From the NCBI GenBank assembly GCA_963833425.1, contig CAWHXP010000008.1, positions 244,578 through 308,577 on the forward strand: a stretch of 64,000 bases of DNA. The letters run 5' to 3'. How positions within the stretch are numbered: position 1 is the stretch's first letter; every line of letters starts with the position of its first letter. This document shows positions 58,853 through 64,000 of this stretch, piece by piece. The position numbers and the translations under genes are program-made. Below the pieces are notes generated by a model. That model searched no databases. It saw only the letters and a program-made list of their open reading frames with translations, and was not told where the DNA came from. The DNA comes from an uncultured Methanosarcinaceae archaeon. GTDB taxonomy: Archaea > Halobacteriota > Methanosarcinia > Methanosarcinales > Methanosarcinaceae.

Positions 58853-61030
58853 ACGGATTATGCAACTGTTTTTAATAACCGTCATTATGCTATCAAAAAG
58901 GGCTATCCACATCCTTTAGGTGCAACACCGGATGAAGAAGGGGTGAACTTTTCTATTTTTTCAGAACAGGCTGATTATGTAGAACTCCTGCTCTTTGACA
59001 GATATGATGATAAACAACCTGCACTTATACTGTCCACAAGCAGAGAAAATGCATTGACTCAAATTGGGAGCATTGAAAACTCCGTGAAACCAAAAAAGTC
59101 CTCTGAAACCACTGAAACCAGAGGAATTCCCCTTAACAAAACTTTCCACTTCTGGCATGTATATGTGCATGGCCTGAAGCCGGGGATTTATTATGCATAT
59201 CGGATAGGGGGAAAATTTGATCCAACCAAAGGGTACCGTTTTGATGGGAAAAAAGTTCTGATAGATCCATACTCCAGAGGAAATAACAAAACTTTATGGG
59301 ATAGAAGAGCGGCTTGTATGCCAGGGGATAACTTGGCAACATCCATGCGGAGTGTGGTAATAGATCCTTCTGGTTATGATTGGAGCAATGATCCCTCTGT
59401 AGTTCTTAGAGGAAAAAATCGGAAACTTAAAGAAAACATCATCTATGAACTTCATATAGGTGGATTTACCAGATCTCAAACATCTAAAGTTACGACACCT
59501 GGCACTTTCGCAGGAGTTATTGAAAAAATCCCCTATCTCAAAGAACTTGGCATCACCGCAGTAGAACTATTGCCGGTATTCGATTTCGATGACACCGTAG
59601 ATCCAAATGGCCGGAAAGACTACTGGGGTTATGATCCAATCAGTTTTTTCGCACCTCACAGCAGCTATTGTGTCAATCCTGAACAAGGAAAACATACAGA
59701 AGAGTTACGGGATATAGTCAAAGCTCTTCACAAAGAAGGAATTGCAGTAATTCTGGATGTTGTTTTTAACCATACATCTGAAGGAAATGACAAGGGGCCT
59801 GTATTCTCTTTTAAAGGAATTGACAACAATCTATACTACCTCCTTGAACTTGACAAGCAGTATTACAGCAATTATTCAGGTTGTGGAAATACTGTAAACT
59901 GCAATCATCCGGTAACCCAGAAATTGCTAGTTGACTGCTTGAAGTACTGGGTCGAGGAGATCCATGTGAATGCTTTTCGTTTTGACGAAGGGTCTATTAT
60001 GTCAATAGGAACTGATGGCAAAGTAATGGAGTATCCTCCAGTTATATGGCAAATCGAACTGGACGATGCTCTTGGATACATAACAGTGATTGCTGAAGCC
60101 TGGGATGCAGCAGGACTCAATCAGGTGGGGTATTTCCCAGGCTATCGATGGGCGGAATGGAATGGCTATTACAGGGATGATATACGTTGTTTTGTCAAAG
60201 GGGACCCTGGCATTGTAGGAAGGGTTGCAAGTAGGATTGCGGGCAGTGCTGATATATATCAAGCAAAATCAAAGCTTCCCATCAATAGTATCAATTTCGT
60301 GACATGCCATGATGGCTTTACACTTAATGATCTCGTGTCCTATAACTACAAGCACAACGAGGCTAATGGGGAAAACAACAGGGACGGTAATGACAACAAC
60401 CTAAGCTGGAACTGTGGAGTTGAGGGTGAGACCAATGATATGGCTGTCGAAGCCCTGCGAGAACGGCAGATCAAAAACTTTGCTTCAATCCTGATGCTAT
60501 CTGTGGGAATACCAATGATTTGCATGGGGGACGAAGTTCGACGCACTCAAAAAGGAAATAATAATGCATATTGCCAAGACAACGAAATTAGTTGGTTTGA
60601 CTGGGACCTTGTAGAAAAAAACAATCACATGCTTCGTTTCTGGCGATTGATGATTGATTTTCGAAAACGCCATCCTACTCTCCTGCGCGACTATTATTTC
60701 ACGGGAACAGAAAATAAGCGAGGGCTAAAGGATATTGATTGGCATGGCTGTAAACTCCATTCCCCTGGCTGGGATGACCCCTCTGCAAGAGCTCTTGCCT
60801 TTACAATGGGCGAATTTGGAGCTGGCGAGGATATCCATGTCATGCTAAATATGTACTCTGAATCTCTTGAATTCGAGATTCCTAGGATCAAAGGCAGAAA
60901 GTGGTATAGGGTAGTCGACACGTTTCTGCCCGCTCCCCAGGATATCACAGAAGTTGGGGAGGAAATCGGGATAAATGGTAACACCTACTTTGTCTCCGGG
61001 CGAAGTGTTGTTGTGCTAGTTTCAAAATAA
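58853..61030 (+). CDS. glgX: Glycogen debranching enzyme (isoamylase, CBM48 + GH13); apparent start codon is ACG
   Basis: GYPHPLGAT....GVNFS, IYELHIGGF, YWGYDPISFFAP, DVVFNHT, FRFD, IAEAWD and TCHDGFTL. Confidence 0.92.
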   Translation, partial: TDYATVFNNRHYAIKKGYPHPLGATPDEEGVNFSIFSEQADYVELLLFDRYDDKQPALILSTSRENALTQIGSIENSVKPKKSSETTETRGIPLNKTFHFWHVYVHGLKPGIYYAYRIGGKFDPTKGYRFDGKKVLIDPYSRGNNKTLWDRRAACMPGDNLATSMRSVVIDPSGYDWSNDPSVVLRGKNRKLKENIIYELHIGGFTRSQTSKVTTPGTFAGVIEKIPYLKELGITAVELLPVFDFDDTVDPNGRKDYWGYDPISFFAPHSSYCVNPEQGKHTEELRDIVKALHKEGIAVILDVVFNHTSEGNDKGPVFSFKGIDNNLYYLLELDKQYYSNYSGCGNTVNCNHPVTQKLLVDCLKYWVEEIHVNAFRFDEGSIMSIGTDGKVMEYPPVIWQIELDDALGYITVIAEAWDAAGLNQVGYFPGYRWAEWNGYYRDDIRCFVKGDPGIVGRVASRIAGSADIYQAKSKLPINSINFVTCHDGFTLNDLVSYNYKHNEANGENNRDGNDNNLSWNCGVEGETNDMAVEALRERQIKNFASILMLSVGIPMICMGDEVRRTQKGNNNAYCQDNEISWFDWDLVEKNNHMLRFWRLMIDFRKRHPTLLRDYYFTGTENKRGLKDIDWHGCKLHSPGWDDPSARALAFTMGEFGAGEDIHVMLNMYSESLEFEIPRIKGRKWYRVVDTFLPAPQDITEVGEEIGINGNTYFVSGRSVVVLVSK

Positions 61031-61063
61031 ATCAAAAGCAGTAATATATTTTGTGGAGTAGTT

Positions 61064-62911
61064 ATGGTGAAAAAAATCGATTTTACTTTTTCAGATCTAA
61101 TTGCAGGATATGTAAAGCACTACGACTCCGAAAATGGTACATTCCGTCTTAAAACCGCTGACAGTCGTGAGTTCATGGTTTACCTGCCCAGTACTCTTTC
61201 TGCAGATACTCTTACTGCAGAATATCTGCGTAATTTAGGAGAGGACTATAAAGATGCTAAAGAGAAACTGAATGAATTACTGGTTCCGGATAAGTATCTG
61301 TTTGTCTATGGACTCTTTTATCCTGATAGCCAAAACGATGAATATAAGTTCGAAGCCAAACATATAGTATTTCCGAGTTTTGCAGACGAAGAATATCGTT
61401 TTGAAGAGCAGGACTGGTGGATCAAACAGATCCGGGAGTTAGCCGATTTTTATCTCAAAGGTGAGTTTAGGGATGGGAAAATTGACTACCATAACTACAG
61501 GACAAGCCTATCCATCACAGATGAAACAGAAGGCCAGCGCCAAGAAACAGATACTATGTCCCGCCTCGTATATGGTTTCGCCACGGCATATTTGCTGACA
61601 GGAGAAGAACGTTACCTTGAGGCTGCTCAGAAAGGAACACAGTACCTTAGGGAAAAACTGATGCTGGAGGATTCGGATGAAGATACATGTTTTTGGTATC
61701 ATGCAATGGATATCAAAGATGACAGCAGCGAACATAAGATTCTGGCCTCAGATTTCGTAGACGATCATGGAGCAATCCCCTGTTATGAACAGATTTATGC
61801 ATTAGCAGGACCTACCCAGACCTACCGTATTACCGGAGATCCACAAATTCTGGATGATATCAAAAAAACTGTTAACACATTTAACCGCTATTTCAGGGAT
61901 CACAGCAAAAAAGGCGGTTTTTTCTCCCATATTGATCCATTTAAAAAAGATCCTCACAGTAAATCCTTGGGAAATAATAGAGCAAAGAAAAACTGGAATT
62001 CTATAGGAGACCATGCTCCTGCATACCTTATCAATCTCTGGCTTGCGACCGGGGCGGACGAATATGCCGATTTTTTGGAAGAGATTTTTGATACGATTGC
62101 GAAACATTTCCCTGATTATGGGCACAGCTCTTTTGTCCAGGAAAGGTATAATGAAGACTGGACCCCTGATACTACCTGGAGCTGGCAGCAAAATCGTGCG
62201 ATTGTAGGACACAACCTCAAAATTGCCTGGAACCTCATGCGAATGCACAACCTTATCCCTAAAAAAGAATATGCAGAACTGGCAAAAACAATCGCAGAAA
62301 AGATGCCTACTGCAGGTTCTGATCTGCAGAGAGGCGGATGGTACGATATGCTGGAACGCATAAAAAGGCCTGGAGAAAAGTATCACCGCTTTGTCTGGGG
62401 TGACCGCAAGGTCTGGTGGCAGCAAGAACAGGGGATTCTAGCTTACCTGATTCTCTACGGAATTCTTAAACGTCCTGAATATCTCCGATTGGGAAGGGAA
62501 TCCGCTTCTTTTTATAATGCCTGGTTCCTTGATATTCAGTCTGGAGGTATATATTTCAGCGTCCTGGCGAATGGGATTCCCTATATCCTTGGTACAGAAC
62601 GAGATGAAGGTAGCCACTCCAAGGCAGGATATCATGCTTTTGAACTTGCATACCTAGCTGCCGTTTATAATAACTTCTTGATAAAAAATAAGGACATGGA
62701 CTTTTACTTCAAACCCACACCAAATGGGTTTAAAGACAACATTCTGCGAGTTTCTCCGGATATTCTGCCTGCTGGCAAGGTCAGGATCAAAGAAGTATGG
62801 ATCAACGGATGCGAATATGATGCTTTTGATGCCGAAAATCTGACTATAATTTTACCAGACAACCAGCCCGAAATGAAGATAAGGGTACGCCTTAGCCCAT
62901 CCATGTATTGA
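61064..62911 (+). CDS. AGE family (N-acylglucosamine 2-epimerase-like) long-form epimerase/isomerase
   Basis: QETDTMSRLVYG, YEQIYALAG, KNWNSIGDHAPAY, GHNLKIAWNL, WWQQEQ and SH..GYHAFEL; intact 615 aa. Confidence 0.85.
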   Translation: MVKKIDFTFSDLIAGYVKHYDSENGTFRLKTADSREFMVYLPSTLSADTLTAEYLRNLGEDYKDAKEKLNELLVPDKYLFVYGLFYPDSQNDEYKFEAKHIVFPSFADEEYRFEEQDWWIKQIRELADFYLKGEFRDGKIDYHNYRTSLSITDETEGQRQETDTMSRLVYGFATAYLLTGEERYLEAAQKGTQYLREKLMLEDSDEDTCFWYHAMDIKDDSSEHKILASDFVDDHGAIPCYEQIYALAGPTQTYRITGDPQILDDIKKTVNTFNRYFRDHSKKGGFFSHIDPFKKDPHSKSLGNNRAKKNWNSIGDHAPAYLINLWLATGADEYADFLEEIFDTIAKHFPDYGHSSFVQERYNEDWTPDTTWSWQQNRAIVGHNLKIAWNLMRMHNLIPKKEYAELAKTIAEKMPTAGSDLQRGGWYDMLERIKRPGEKYHRFVWGDRKVWWQQEQGILAYLILYGILKRPEYLRLGRESASFYNAWFLDIQSGGIYFSVLANGIPYILGTERDEGSHSKAGYHAFELAYLAAVYNNFLIKNKDMDFYFKPTPNGFKDNILRVSPDILPAGKVRIKEVWINGCEYDAFDAENLTIILPDNQPEMKIRVRLSPSMY

Positions 62912-63089
62912 TTCCGAGATCCATTTACTCTATATTTGGGTGAGGAGAAAACTGTAAATGGCTCAAGCACATTTCTGAAAAATTTTTTGTATTGAATTGT
63001 TTAGGAGTATGTTTAAGTCATTAGCGAATCTGGGGATGAAATCAAAATATTGAAGCTCCTGGGATAGGAAAACGCCATCTTACTAACGC

Positions 63090-64000
63090 CTCTCAACAAC
63101 ATTGCCGAGCTTATTCAATTGAAATATATACCAATCTTTTATTTAGCACCAGAGGAAATTTGGAGGTCCTACAGGATTACGATATCTCGTTCAGGAGTGT
63201 CACAGAAATGGGATCGCTGTGATTCTCGACATGGTCTATTTCCACCCTGATCACATGTTCACCTACCTAGATTGGATACGAGAAATTCTTCAATCTGATG
63301 GAAGACGACCATTACTCTGACACAAGCGGCATGCCTAGTGCCCCCAATCCTTAGGTGTTCGCCTATGAAGAATTTGGAAAGAAGAACTACTGGCGCATAC
63401 TATCCACCCAACAATTTTTCGCCGCTGTAAATGCATTCTGGTTGCAAAAATTTCATATAGACGGTTTTCGCTACGATCACGTCAACGCCTACCCTGATCG
63501 AAAACCAATTTTAGGATATGGTCGCGTCGACTGGTCCTATCAGGGATGCCGCCCAACTTTTTTGTCTCTCTAAGAGTTGTTCAAAGCTACCTACCAGGAA
63601 TCTAGAAACATCCTCTATTTGTTCCTGCACCAAATGCTCCATTAAGGATGATTCAGATTGCAGAGGATCTTGGAGAAAGCGCTTACCAGTTGTCGCCTGT
63701 ATCAGCCAGTGCAATCAGTGGATTGGGAGAAAATTCTTTGTGACGTCGCCAAGGAAATGGTAATTAAAGATATCCTTCCGCTTTATATGGGAAAGGAGCT
63801 GCTGCTTTCAGACAATAGATTCGACAAACAAAGTTATACAGGCAGTAAAACCGTTGGAGACGACGTTATATCAGCATACATCTTTCAGTATATCGAATAA
63901 CAATGAATGCAGGTTATTCTATGTGATACAGAAACATAAGGAATGCGATGCCGCAGAATTTGATTATCGTAAGGGTTTGGATAAACAGCCTTGCTGGTTA
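63090..64000 (+). pseudogene. GH13 alpha-amylase family remnant, possibly continuing past the window
   Basis: Fragments FYLAPEE, LVQECHRNGIAVILDMVY.H and FWLQKFHIDGFRYDHV; several frameshifts and stops. Confidence 0.75.

Noticed and set aside
61802..62425. Long antisense ORFs (also 13400..13864 and 40940..41473)
   Set aside because: Shadow frames opposite well-supported genes, with no motifs.
63352..63354. In-frame TAG in the GH13 remnant as a Pyl codon
   Set aside because: The gene has several additional frameshifts, so read-through would not restore it.

Overview
AT-rich euryarchaeal DNA whose gene content and GGAGG/GGTGA-type ribosome-binding sites point to a Methanosarcina-like methanogen (inference). 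The window is an accessory region in heavy decay, with about 20 frameshifted, truncated or fragmentary genes between intact ones. Main blocks: (1) 1.7-10.9 kb, a sulfatase module: intact Cys-type arylsulfatase, an anaerobic sulfatase maturase interrupted only by one in-frame amber codon, DUF1622 and two inverted AI-2E paralogs. (2) 12.2-14.1 kb, TetR plus an Fe-S aldo/keto reductase with twin operators. (3) 16-25.9 kb, a group IV nitrogenase-like DK pair joined by a microhomology deletion to a sulfonate-type ABC transporter, a broken CBS-HEPN gene and an O-acetylhomoserine sulfhydrylase remnant; with block 1 this suggests a decaying organosulfur-scavenging island. (4) 23.7-43.5 kb, mobile-element and virus debris: a MITE, IS5, IS6, an HsdR tail, a phage Dam tail, two terminase-small-like remnants, two degenerate tRNA-Leu copies and a 221-bp near-perfect palindrome. 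(5) Housekeeping-type genes: Pcc1, DHH/RecJ-like and CDP-alcohol phosphatidyltransferase. (6) 57.8-64 kb, a DJ-1/PfpI - GlgX - AGE-family epimerase - GH13 cluster. No CRISPR array, rRNA or intact tRNA was seen. All family calls are motif recognition by eye; no database search was run.
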